From positions 89,532 to 153,531 of the forward strand of contig CAPPAP010000003.1 in NCBI GenBank assembly GCA_948677005.1: a DNA stretch of 64,000 nt. The letters run 5' to 3'. The position numbers and the translations under genes were made by a program. Numbering within the stretch: the first letter of the stretch is position 1; every line of letters begins with the position of its first letter. The notes beneath the pieces were generated by a model, which searched no databases, was not told the DNA's origin, and was given only the letters and a program-made list of their open reading frames with translations. This DNA is from Christensenellaceae bacterium (GTDB lineage Bacteria > Bacillota > Clostridia > Christensenellales > Borkfalkiaceae). Below are positions 27,272 to 36,250 of the stretch, piece by piece.

Positions 27272-30200
27272 TTACACCTTGTTCAAAGGACCGCTGCCGT
27301 AGCCTTCAGCCTGCAAATTAAGCACGTTACCCTCGATTGTAAAGGTACCCTTTATCCAGTTATTGTCATCGGCATAAGAATATGTGCCGTTGTTTTCAGT
27401 AACGGTAATTTCACAGCCGTAACTGTCGCCCAATGCAGAAAGGTTATTATAACTGAATTTGCCTTTCGTAAGACTGCCGTTCAGCTCAATAGTCATTTCC
27501 AGCTTGTCAGCGTTCTCGGTTGTAATAACGCCGCGGTAAACGAAAAACTGTTCAAGCACTATCCCCTCGCCGAAGACTGCGCTGTCAAGCACCGCATTTC
27601 CGCTTGCGTCAAACGTCAGCGTAATCGTTTCGTTGTTGCAGGTGAATACAAAGCCGCCTTCGGTCGCCTCGGCAAAAGCGTCAAAGCTTTGATTGCCCGC
27701 AACAAAGGTAACGGTACCGTCCGTTTTAAGGCTAAGCTGTAATTTGTGCACAGCGTCGTCCACAGTAGCCGTTCCCGTATAGCTGCCCGCCTGCGCTTCG
27801 GTAAACACAACGCACCTTGTCAGCGCCTTGTCGCCGAAAAGCATCGTCTCGCCAAGCGTAAGCTCAACGGTCACTCCCGTAGCCTTTTCATAGGTGTAAA
27901 CGTCGCCGTCTATCGCAACAAGCGTGTATGCTCCGTCGCCGAAGTCCACGGCAAACGCCGTAAGGTCAAGCAGCTTTGCTTCGCCGTCTGTATAATTGTA
28001 CTTGCCAATCAGCTCCTCCGCAACGGTCAGCTTAACCGTAAACTTTGTAGTATCTCTCAAGCTGCTGCAAATTATGATATCCCCCGCATTTGCGGTAAAG
28101 ACCGTGTTAAGCTCAAGCGTGCTGTCGTTCAGCATAACCATACCGCCCGCCGTCACCATATAGGTGCCCGCCTTTTCGAATACAAAGTAAGTATCGCTGC
28201 TCGATAAGTCGGAAGTATACTCGCCGTTCACGGTAACTATTTTAAGCGGGTTGTTAGCCGCTCCCGCCCTGTACTCGTAATGGAAGCTTATCGTCTGCTC
28301 CTCGTCGGAAACTATTCCGAAGTAGAAATTTTTCGCCGCGTTCCAATCGAGTCTGTACTCGGTACTGCTTATGCGCTTTGCCGCAATCATGCCCGTTTCA
28401 AGCCATATGTAGAACAGCTTACCCGCCTTTATGGTCAGCCGGTTGCCGTCCGTGTCGGCTATATGCAGATTTTTAGAACCGCTTACAACCGTGCTTACAT
28501 CGAAGGGCCTTACGCCCTTATTGGTTTTGCCTTCGACAAAGTTAAGCGTCTCCGCATTCTCCGTAAAGTCGGGCGTATTGTCAATACTCACTCTTACGGG
28601 GATTATAGGGTTACTCGTATAATCGCTGTAATCTCTGCTGCAATAAACCTTTATCACCGTGCTCTCGCCCGCCGCAAGTCTTATAGCCGTAAGGCTGAGG
28701 GGCACGCACGAGGTACCGCTCATCGTATAACCGTATTTAACGCCCTTGTACTCGTAGCAAAAGCCGAACGTAAGCCCGCTCGCATATACCGTATCCAGCG
28801 TAAACAGCAAGTCGTTGTCCGCAGGCGCCGTAACCTTAATCCATACGGGCTTGTCGTCAAGATAGTCTACGTCGGTCACTCCAATACCGACTTCGAGGGG
28901 ATTATTCTGCGTTCCCTCGGCATATTCAAACTTATAATCAACCGTGCCGCCCTCTGCAAGCTCAATATCGAAGCCCACGCTAAGCTGAGTAGCCGTCAGC
29001 GTAAGCTTTTTGCCCGTATACGCTTCACCCATGCACTTTAAGGTAAAGTCCGCGCCGCCCTCGAAGGTCAGTCCGATTACGTCCTCGGTAAAAGCCTTGG
29101 TATATTTGTAAGAACCGCTTTCGGTAATGCTTCCCGCGCCGTTTACAAGCGTAAGCTCTGCGGGCTCGGGTGCGTTTACATCCCTTATTTCCAACCTTAC
29201 AGCCGAAACATTACGCTGGGGATTAAAGGTAATAATTATCTTATCGCCCGCTCTCAACTCAACCTTATAAGGCAACCCTTCTATATATTCCGCAAGCGTC
29301 AGTCCGGTTTTTTCACCTAATTCATACTTCAACGCAGTGGGAACAAAACCTACATTCTTTCCGTCAACGGTACTGATTAAGGTATATATATCCGCGTTGC
29401 CGGTAGGTTCCGATATGGTTATATTTGTAATTTTAAAGCCATACACCCCGTCGGCGGGTGCGGTAAACTCGGCATAATACTTCGTATTTCTTACCGCATT
29501 AAATATATAGCCTCCGGTTCCCACCTCATACGGATTCTCCTCGGTTCCGTAAACAATCACCCTTTCAACCTTAAAGCCAACGCTTTCAGGCTTCGACGAA
29601 GGATAAGCAACGCCGATAATCGTGCCCGCGGTAAGCTGTACCGTTTCGCCAAACACAACCAAATTAGCAGTATTTTCAAGATTGCTTTCCGTCAGATTGT
29701 AATAAATCTGCAACCCCTTTTGGTTGGAGCTGAATATATATCCGCTTGTTTTGGGCACTCTGTAATAGTAATAGCCCTTTTTGAAATCGGCAGCAGCAAT
29801 CGTCTGCTCCGCTCCGTCCGCGGGGAAGTCATGTATTTCAGGCACATATTTCGTCAAGGTGTCAACAAGCCTGTATTCAATCACTTCTTGGTCCTTGCCG
29901 TTAACCTTAATAACATCGACAACAACGTTTGTGCGCACCTCTATCGAAAGATTATCCCCTTCGCCGACAAGCGTCAGGTCAAAATACTTATAGCCCTGCC
30001 CTCTTACATAAATCTTCAAGCTGTATTTATTTTCCGCTTTGTTATAAGCGGTCATTGTTGCACTGCTTCCGTTAAAATACTGAAAATTCGTCCCCGTACG
30101 CTTATAGGAATATATCTCGCCCAAATATTCGACGTATAAATCCAGCGGCAGGGTTTCGGGCACCTCGTCGGGCGCCTCGCCCGTACGCGTGTACTCCGCA

Positions 30201-32095
30201 GCCGTGCCGCCGCCGTATATAACTCTTACCCCGCAAACCGTGTCGTTATCGTCAAGTATGGGATAAATAGTCAGCGGGTTGCCGTACATAAGCATATTTT
30301 TAGCGGCGTTAAAGCTCGACCCGCCGGAATTAAGCACGTATTTGGTCGTATCGTTAACAAGTCCGTTACCGTTCGGATAAATATACAAGATATTCACACC
30401 GCCCACAGCCGCGTCCGCAGGCTTATACGTTCCGCTCATTTCTTCAAGCGTAACGGGTCTTTGAGGCACAACCTTCATATAGCTCACGCCCGCAATCTCA
30501 AAGGTGTTCGGCGCGGTAAGCTTACCCGTCAATTCAATGTTGTTGTAGGTAAAGAAAATCGCATTGCTTTTGCCGCCTATGTATGTAAACGCACAATCAA
30601 CGCCGTTCCAGTTTATAATTCTGTTTGCGGAATTGAGATTAAGCGATTTAACGCCGTTGGTATATTCGCCGTCCTCCCAGCCTGCGGGCAACGGCTCGTC
30701 AATGCTTACCTCAACGGTAATATTTATTTTTGCGGTATCGCTGACGCCATCGCCGCGGCAAAGCGTCACAACTATTATCTGCCCCGCAGTCATATCGAAG
30801 TATTTTTCTTCCGCGTCACAGCCCGCACCGAAGTAAACCCCTTCGCCGTCCAAATCGGTGGTAAAACGGCACTTTGCGGAAGCGCCTATACCAAGCGAAA
30901 GCTTATATCTTCCGGCAGTCGCCGCCTTAAATGCATATTTCAGTTCCTGCTCATTGCCGAACGCCTCGCCGCTCGCCGCGCCAATCTCAAGCTTTGTATA
31001 TGCGTATACCCACTTTGCATAAAGCGTCGTCGCTTTGGTAATCGTTTCCGAAAACTCGAACCACTGCGTAAGCTCCGCGTCCGTATACCAGCCGCCGAAG
31101 TAAAAACCGTTCGCTTCGGGCTCCGTGGGCGCCTTTGCGCGCGTGCCTACTCTCACGGTCTGCGTATCGGGCGCAGTGCCGTGTCCGCCCATATCGAAGC
31201 TTACCTCCACCGTCCATTTTGCATAAACGGTCACGTGCCCCGTAACGGGCTTGTCAAAATCGAAGGCATATGTACAGCTGCTGTTTGAATACCAGCCCCC
31301 GAAGGTATATCCGCTCTCTGCGGGCGGCTCGGGCTCGACTGCCTTCTCTCCCTCTTCTATTTTCTGCCTTTCGGGCGCTACGCCTATTCCCTGAGTGTCA
31401 AAGGTGACAATCCGCCTTTCGTCCTTCTCCCACTTCGCGTAAAGCGTTATATTGCTTGTAACCGGCGTATTAAAGTCAAACGGCTCCGTGCATTCCTCGT
31501 CGGTATGCCAGCCCCTGAAAAACCACCCGTCGATTTCGGGGTCCTCGGGCTTGGTCGCCGTGCCGCCCACCTCGAGCTTCTGGCTCTCGGGCGTCTTGCC
31601 GTGCCCCTTCAAATTAAAGGTAACAACGGGTCTGTTGTCCTTCTCCCACTTCGCATACACGGTCACCGCCGCCGATACGGTTGCGTCAAAATCGAAGGGC
31701 ACGGTGCATTCCGTATCCTTAAACCAGCCGCCGAACAGATATTCCCCGCTCTCGTCTGTCAAATCGGACGGCTTAACCGCCTTGCCTCCGCTGTAAACAA
31801 TCTGCGCTTCGGGAGCGGTCCCGTGTCCCTTCACGTCAAAGGTCACCGCATAATTTTCTCTTCCGCACACGTCGCACTTGCCGTCGGCGCCCTCCGCACT
31901 TGTGGCGTTGTTCAAAACGTCAATGTGCGCGCCCTCGTCCTTCTTGTCGCCGCACTCGCATTCCGACCGATGCATTGCTGCGTCCGATTGCCAAGTGTAG
32001 GTATGCTGATGTTTCTTTGCGCAACCGGCAGCCGCAACAACAGTTGTTGCCGATACCGCCGTAAGCAAGAAAATGAGCAATGACTTCCTTTTCAT
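27272..32095 (-). CDS. giant (1607 aa) surface lipoprotein: His/Cys-rich N-terminal module, four Flg_new repeats and a long beta-rich region with three PPC-like modules
   Basis: Lipobox AAGC, then AKKHQHTYTWQSDAAMHRSECEC...CDVC. Four repeats have the form V.F...G.G..P..Q.....A..P......F.GW......C...FDF...V....T.YAKWE. Three later modules start with G...NP[YL][EK] and contain TAPAD. Confidence 0.85.
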   Translation of the reverse strand: MKRKSLLIFLLTAVSATTVVAAAGCAKKHQHTYTWQSDAAMHRSECECGDKKDEGAHIDVLNNATSAEGADGKCDVCGRENYAVTFDVKGHGTAPEAQIVYSGGKAVKPSDLTDESGEYLFGGWFKDTECTVPFDFDATVSAAVTVYAKWEKDNRPVVTFNLKGHGKTPESQKLEVGGTATKPEDPEIDGWFFRGWHTDEECTEPFDFNTPVTSNITLYAKWEKDERRIVTFDTQGIGVAPERQKIEEGEKAVEPEPPAESGYTFGGWYSNSSCTYAFDFDKPVTGHVTVYAKWTVEVSFDMGGHGTAPDTQTVRVGTRAKAPTEPEANGFYFGGWYTDAELTQWFEFSETITKATTLYAKWVYAYTKLEIGAASGEAFGNEQELKYAFKAATAGRYKLSLGIGASAKCRFTTDLDGEGVYFGAGCDAEEKYFDMTAGQIIVVTLCRGDGVSDTAKINITVEVSIDEPLPAGWEDGEYTNGVKSLNLNSANRIINWNGVDCAFTYIGGKSNAIFFTYNNIELTGKLTAPNTFEIAGVSYMKVVPQRPVTLEEMSGTYKPADAAVGGVNILYIYPNGNGLVNDTTKYVLNSGGSSFNAAKNMLMYGNPLTIYPILDDNDTVCGVRVIYGGGTAAEYTRTGEAPDEVPETLPLDLYVEYLGEIYSYKRTGTNFQYFNGSSATMTAYNKAENKYSLKIYVRGQGYKYFDLTLVGEGDNLSIEVRTNVVVDVIKVNGKDQEVIEYRLVDTLTKYVPEIHDFPADGAEQTIAAADFKKGYYYYRVPKTSGYIFSSNQKGLQIYYNLTESNLENTANLVVFGETVQLTAGTIIGVAYPSSKPESVGFKVERVIVYGTEENPYEVGTGGYIFNAVRNTKYYAEFTAPADGVYGFKITNITISEPTGNADIYTLISTVDGKNVGFVPTALKYELGEKTGLTLAEYIEGLPYKVELRAGDKIIITFNPQRNVSAVRLEIRDVNAPEPAELTLVNGAGSITESGSYKYTKAFTEDVIGLTFEGGADFTLKCMGEAYTGKKLTLTATQLSVGFDIELAEGGTVDYKFEYAEGTQNNPLEVGIGVTDVDYLDDKPVWIKVTAPADNDLLFTLDTVYASGLTFGFCYEYKGVKYGYTMSGTSCVPLSLTAIRLAAGESTVIKVYCSRDYSDYTSNPIIPVRVSIDNTPDFTENAETLNFVEGKTNKGVRPFDVSTVVSGSKNLHIADTDGNRLTIKAGKLFYIWLETGMIAAKRISSTEYRLDWNAAKNFYFGIVSDEEQTISFHYEYRAGAANNPLKIVTVNGEYTSDLSSSDTYFVFEKAGTYMVTAGGMVMLNDSTLELNTVFTANAGDIIICSSLRDTTKFTVKLTVAEELIGKYNYTDGEAKLLDLTAFAVDFGDGAYTLVAIDGDVYTYEKATGVTVELTLGETMLFGDKALTRCVVFTEAQAGSYTGTATVDDAVHKLQLSLKTDGTVTFVAGNQSFDAFAEATEGGFVFTCNNETITLTFDASGNAVLDSAVFGEGIVLEQFFVYRGVITTENADKLEMTIELNGSLTKGKFSYNNLSALGDSYGCEITVTENNGTYSYADDNNWIKGTFTIEGNVLNLQAEGYGSGPLNKV

Positions 32096-32368
32096 ACCTG
32101 TCTCCTTAAAGCTTTATTTGGTTAAACGGGCAAAACCCGCAAAATTTCTTTTTTCAGTTAAGTTTTTTCAATGCAGGTACCTGCATTGCGGGACTGTAAA
32201 AAACAGTCCTCCGTACGGATTTTATGATTGAATATATTTTATCACCAGCCGCCGTTCAGCCCCAGCCGTACGCCCCGTCAATAAAATATTCAATTTTTAT
32301 ACAATTATAACCAATTTGAATGAATATCAAATAAATTTATGCAAAACTCATTATTTAGTATAGTAGTA

Positions 32369-32397
32369 ATATTAGCACAATAATAATATACTGTCAA
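32369..32397 (-). promoter_or_regulatory. sigma-A-type promoter TTGACA-17-TAATAT for the giant lipoprotein gene
   Basis: Read on the minus strand inside an extremely AT-rich island. It implies a leader of about 270 nt. Confidence 0.45.
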
Positions 32398-32488
32398 ATA
32401 TTTTTCACAAAAAACTCACATAAAAATGAATAAATTTTAAATTATAAAATTCAAATTTGCATAATTATAAATTATTGCACAAAAATAT

Positions 32489-32526
32489 AACCCGCCCCCG
32501 ACGGCTGTGTGTCGTCGGGGGCGGGT
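32489..32526 (-). terminator. rho-independent terminator downstream of the HD-domain gene
   Basis: AACCCGCCCCCGACG-gctgtgtgt-CGTCGGGGGCGGGTT. On the minus strand it is followed by a T/A-rich tract. Confidence 0.75.
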
Positions 32527-32548
32527 TAACGCTGCCGCAAAACAAATT

Positions 32549-33790
32549 TTACTCAAAATAATCTATGTAATGCCACTTATCATTCAGCCCGTCCTCGGGG
32601 AACAGATACCTGAACGCTTCCAAAAAATAATCGTCCGTCATGCTCGCAATAAAATCTACGGCAATGTCGTCAGGACTTGCAAGGTCGTATTTATCCAAAT
32701 CGTACAAATCAACCTCCGCATTCTTGTCCTTACTTCTCTCGCGGTAGGCAGAGCCGTAAATTTTATGAAAAATATGCCCCCCGAATATCAGCGAAGAGGT
32801 ATTCCTCTCCTTCACGTCCTTTAAAAATTTAAGGTACATTTTTTCCATCATCGGCTTCACAACCGCGTCGTACTGCGCCGTCACCCTTTCAATCTGATAA
32901 ATTTTCCGGTTGTTCTCCTGCTGGCATTCCTTAAGCGCCCCGAACACGTCCCCGCTCACCGAAAGATAGGGCTTATCCATGCTGTTTGCCACAACGTCCG
33001 CAATGACGTTGAAAATAATGTCGGAGTTGCTTTTGCCTATAACGCTGTCGCCGAACTCCGCCTCTATTCCCAGCCTCGCCGCGTCCTGTCTGTCCTTGCC
33101 GAGGTAGGCAATCATATCGCTTATGCGCACCACGCACCCCTCCAAGGTCGACGGGTGAAGTCCGCCTATCACGCTTTGGTCGGCATAGCACTTTTCAAAC
33201 ACGGCGTTAAAGTCCTCGTATGCCTTAAAGGCTGCGGCAGGCTCGTATTTCTCGTTCACCTTTTCGCCGCAGTGGCACAAAATCCCGTCCGCCGTCTGCA
33301 TGGTCAGATTACAGCCCGAAAGTATCTGCAGCACCCTCACGCTGTGCACGTTATGGTTGAAAAACCTTCCCGTACCCGCATGGTACAGCTCGTTCAAAAA
33401 ATGCTCGCCCTTGTGCCCGAAGGGCGTGTGCCCTATGTCGTGCCCGATTGCAATCGCCTCAATCAAATCGAGGTTCAGCCGCAACGCCCTGCCTATCGTC
33501 CTCGCAATGCGCGAAACCAGCTGAACGTGCGCCGCCCGCCTCGTTATATCGTCGTTTTTAAAGAATGAAAACACCTGCGTCTTGTCGCTGCCGCGATTAA
33601 AAAACGGACTGTGTATAATCTTGTCCGCGTCAACCGAAAACTGCGACCGCAGCACCTCGCCGTCGTATCGGGAGGAGCGGTATCTTCTCACCGCCTGCGC
33701 GTTTCTGCAAGCGTACGGCGAATACAAGCTCTCCGTCCCCTCGGCAATCTCCTTTAATTTTTTCGTCTGCTCGTCCGTATAAGCCTTCAT
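32549..33790 (-). CDS. dGTP triphosphohydrolase-like HD-domain protein
   Basis: HD motif IGHDIGHTPFGHKGEH with the preceding RAAHVQLVSRIARTIG; typical Dgt-like length. The ATG at 33788-33790 is preferred as the start (see the leaderless promoter feature). Confidence 0.8.
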   Translation of the reverse strand: MKAYTDEQTKKLKEIAEGTESLYSPYACRNAQAVRRYRSSRYDGEVLRSQFSVDADKIIHSPFFNRGSDKTQVFSFFKNDDITRRAAHVQLVSRIARTIGRALRLNLDLIEAIAIGHDIGHTPFGHKGEHFLNELYHAGTGRFFNHNVHSVRVLQILSGCNLTMQTADGILCHCGEKVNEKYEPAAAFKAYEDFNAVFEKCYADQSVIGGLHPSTLEGCVVRISDMIAYLGKDRQDAARLGIEAEFGDSVIGKSNSDIIFNVIADVVANSMDKPYLSVSGDVFGALKECQQENNRKIYQIERVTAQYDAVVKPMMEKMYLKFLKDVKERNTSSLIFGGHIFHKIYGSAYRERSKDKNAEVDLYDLDKYDLASPDDIAVDFIASMTDDYFLEAFRYLFPEDGLNDKWHYIDYFE

Positions 33791-33797
33791 ATGTAAA

Positions 33798-33826
33798 ATT
33801 ATACCATTCCCCGCCTCAAAAGTCAA
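33798..33826 (-). promoter_or_regulatory. consensus promoter TTGACT-17-TATAAT ending 7 nt before the ATG of the HD gene (leaderless mRNA predicted)
   Basis: Minus strand reads TTGACT tttgaggcggggaatgg TATAAT tttacat ATG. The TTG start used by the ORF track at 33826 is the first base of the -35 hexamer. Confidence 0.6.
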
Positions 33827-33996
33827 CTCTCCTCCGCCCCTCTCTTTCTACCCCCTGCCATCTGCGGTTCAAGCCTTCGCCATACCCTCTGCCTCCGGCG
33901 GGGGGACTAAAGGGGGTGGCTTCCGTACCCCCGCGTCCCATTCACACCCCGCCCGCCCCCTACAAAATAAGCTTTGGTAAATTTTTCCTTTTTCTA

Positions 33997-34025
33997 TGTA
34001 CAAACCCAAATAAATATGCTACAAT
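33997..34025 (+). promoter_or_regulatory. candidate promoter TGTACA-17-TGcTACAAT (extended -10) for the SDR gene
   Basis: Read directly from the sequence. The -35 hexamer is weak. Confidence 0.4.
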
Positions 34026-34062
34026 GTGCCCATAATATATTTGATAAGGAGATTTCTGTTTT

Positions 34063-34863
34063 ATGGAAATGAAGGATTTCAGACTTGACGGAAAAATCGC
34101 GCTCGTCACGGGCGCGTCGTACGGAATAGGCTTTTCAATAGCAGCGGGCCTCGCCAAGGCAGGCGCGACAATCGTTTTCAACGATATTAACGCCGAGCTT
34201 GTGGAAAAGGGCCTCGCCGCCTACAAGGCAGAGGGGATAAAGGCGCACGGCTACGTCTGCGACGTCACCGACGAGGACGGCGTAAACGCAATGGTCGCAA
34301 AAATCGAAAAAGAGGTCGGCGTCATAGATATTCTCGTCAACAACGCGGGCATAATAAAGCGCATACCAATGTGCGAAATGACTGCGGCTCAGTTCAGACA
34401 GGTTATCGACATAGACTTAAACGGTCCGTTTATCGTGTCAAAGGCGGTAATTCCCTCCATGATTAAAAAGGGTCACGGCAAAATAATCAATATCTGCTCC
34501 ATGATGTCGGAGCTCGGCCGCGAAACCGTCTCGGCATACGCCGCGGCAAAGGGCGGACTTAAAATGCTTACGCGAAACATCTGCTCGGAATACGGCGAAT
34601 ACAACATTCAGTGCAACGGCATAGGTCCCGGCTATATCGCCACCCCGCAAACCGCGCCCCTACGCGAAAGACAGCCCGACGGCAGCCGCCACCCCTTCGA
34701 CAGCTTCATCGTCGCCAAAACCCCCGCGGGCAGATGGTTAGAGGCGGACGAGCTCGCAGGCCCCGCGGTATTCCTTGCCTCCGACGCGTCCAACGCAGTC
34801 AACGGACACATTCTGTACGTCGACGGAGGCATACTTGCCTACATCGGCAAACAGCCCAAATAA
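34063..34863 (+). CDS. SDR-family oxidoreductase, gluconate 5-dehydrogenase / KduD-like
   Basis: GKIALVTGASYGIGFSIA Rossmann motif, NNAG, and catalytic S...YAAAKGG. The N-terminus resembles the Gno/IdnO group. Confidence 0.8.
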   Translation: MEMKDFRLDGKIALVTGASYGIGFSIAAGLAKAGATIVFNDINAELVEKGLAAYKAEGIKAHGYVCDVTDEDGVNAMVAKIEKEVGVIDILVNNAGIIKRIPMCEMTAAQFRQVIDIDLNGPFIVSKAVIPSMIKKGHGKIINICSMMSELGRETVSAYAAAKGGLKMLTRNICSEYGEYNIQCNGIGPGYIATPQTAPLRERQPDGSRHPFDSFIVAKTPAGRWLEADELAGPAVFLASDASNAVNGHILYVDGGILAYIGKQPK

Positions 34864-34929
34864 TTATCTATAATAACGCCCCCCGACGGCAAAAAACCGT
34901 CGGGGGGCTTATTTTTTCTTCCACGTCCG

Positions 34930-35631
34930 CTACCATACCTTTACCGACCAGTACACGGGCGGCGTATTCAAAACCGCAATATACAGCCCCATTGCCAGCG
35001 TATCCAAAACGATTGCAACGCCCAAGGTACAGCATATTGCCTTTGCAATTCTAAAATCCACCTTATTTTGCAGCAGCTTAATCACGGGCTTATAAACAAA
35101 CCTGAAAATCAGGTACGCCCCTCCGCCGTACGCAAGCGACGGCACAAGCCCCGCATACTGCGTAACCTGCAAAGGGAAATCGGAATAATCCCACAGCTCC
35201 ACGCCGAAGCACCTCTCCCACATATTCCCCACGGCAAGCTCGCCGGCAAATACCGCCCCGCATATCAGCGAAATACACAATAAATTAGACAGTACGGCAG
35301 TCCTCTTGTTTTCCTTTTTAAAAGCCTTATGCCCGAAAAACGCAATACTGTCGGGGTCGCCCAGCAAAATCTGAAAGGCAAACGGTATCAGCGCATACGG
35401 CGAAATAAACGGCAAAAGGTGAAAACGGCAGTCCCATATCCCCTGCGTAAACAGCCTTGCCAGATTTTCCGCAAGCCACCCGACAAATGCCGTGCCTATG
35501 CCGAAAAGGTACAAATACGCAAGCTCTACGCCGAAGATTTTCACCCGCTTTTTTTCGTTAACAGGCACATATATAGGGCGCAAAGCCATTTGCTCAAGCT
35601 CGCGCGTCAACAGCCGCATACTATTAATCAT
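34930..35631 (-). CDS. integral membrane protein (DUF1113 / putative type-IV ABC-transporter-like), function unknown
   Basis: Multi-TM protein with the motif GTAFVGWLAENL. The family assignment is weak. Confidence 0.55.
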   Translation of the reverse strand: MINSMRLLTRELEQMALRPIYVPVNEKKRVKIFGVELAYLYLFGIGTAFVGWLAENLARLFTQGIWDCRFHLLPFISPYALIPFAFQILLGDPDSIAFFGHKAFKKENKRTAVLSNLLCISLICGAVFAGELAVGNMWERCFGVELWDYSDFPLQVTQYAGLVPSLAYGGGAYLIFRFVYKPVIKLLQNKVDFRIAKAICCTLGVAIVLDTLAMGLYIAVLNTPPVYWSVKVW

Positions 35632-36250
35632 TTCCCTTAAATTCCGCTCCTCTTTTATTTATCGAGCCTTGCAACGGCAAAAGATGCTTTAAAACCGCCG
35701 TCAGCGAAATCATTCCGCACCCAAGCGCCGCCGCAAACAAGCCGCACAAGCACAAAACAACCGCCGACAAAACCGCAAACAAGCTGTAAACAATAATGCT
35801 CCTCACGCGGTTACTGCTCAGCCTTATCAAAGAAAACGCTATATACAGCGCGGCAAGCAGTACAAGCCCCCAATACGTCACGGGAATAAGCCCCAGCATA
35901 ACCCCGAACGAGGTCGCAATGCACTTCCCCCCGCGCATACGGTTGAATATCCCCGCCGCATGCCCCAAAACGGGCGCAAGCATAACAAACGCAAACAAAA
36001 TGCTGTTTGTATCCGTAAAAAACGCCGCAAGCAACACGGGTACAAGCCCCTTTAAAACGTCTAACGCCAGACATAAACAGCCCACTCCCGCACCGCAGTG
36101 CCTAAACACGTTAAACGCACCCGGATTTCCGTCGTCGGAAAGTCCGCAAATATCCTTACCCGTTATCAGCCTCGGGACAAAGCTGCAAAACATTATCCCG
36201 CCCGCAAGCAAGCCCCCCGCAATAAGCGCTATCCAAAGCAACGCGTCCAT
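35624..36250 (-). CDS. plsY: glycerol-3-phosphate acyltransferase PlsY-like
   Basis: N-terminal TM, then DDGNPGAFNVFRHCG...DVLKG, corresponding to the PlsY GSGN.GATN...D..KG motifs in slightly divergent form. Confidence 0.75.
   Translation of the reverse strand: MDALLWIALIAGGLLAGGIMFCSFVPRLITGKDICGLSDDGNPGAFNVFRHCGAGVGCLCLALDVLKGLVPVLLAAFFTDTNSILFAFVMLAPVLGHAAGIFNRMRGGKCIATSFGVMLGLIPVTYWGLVLLAALYIAFSLIRLSSNRVRSIIVYSLFAVLSAVVLCLCGLFAAALGCGMISLTAVLKHLLPLQGSINKRGAEFKGND

Noticed and set aside
32117-32130. GGTTAAACGGGCAA as a third copy of the LacI-type operator
   Set aside because: Only one half (GTTAAACGG) matches and the palindrome is not completed. This is insufficient.
32549-33790. dGTPase-like HD protein as an anti-phage dNTP-depletion defence gene
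   Set aside because: It is a stand-alone gene in a housekeeping context with no neighbouring defence or mobile genes. Sequence alone cannot distinguish a housekeeping Dgt from a defensive dGTPase, so no defence claim is made.
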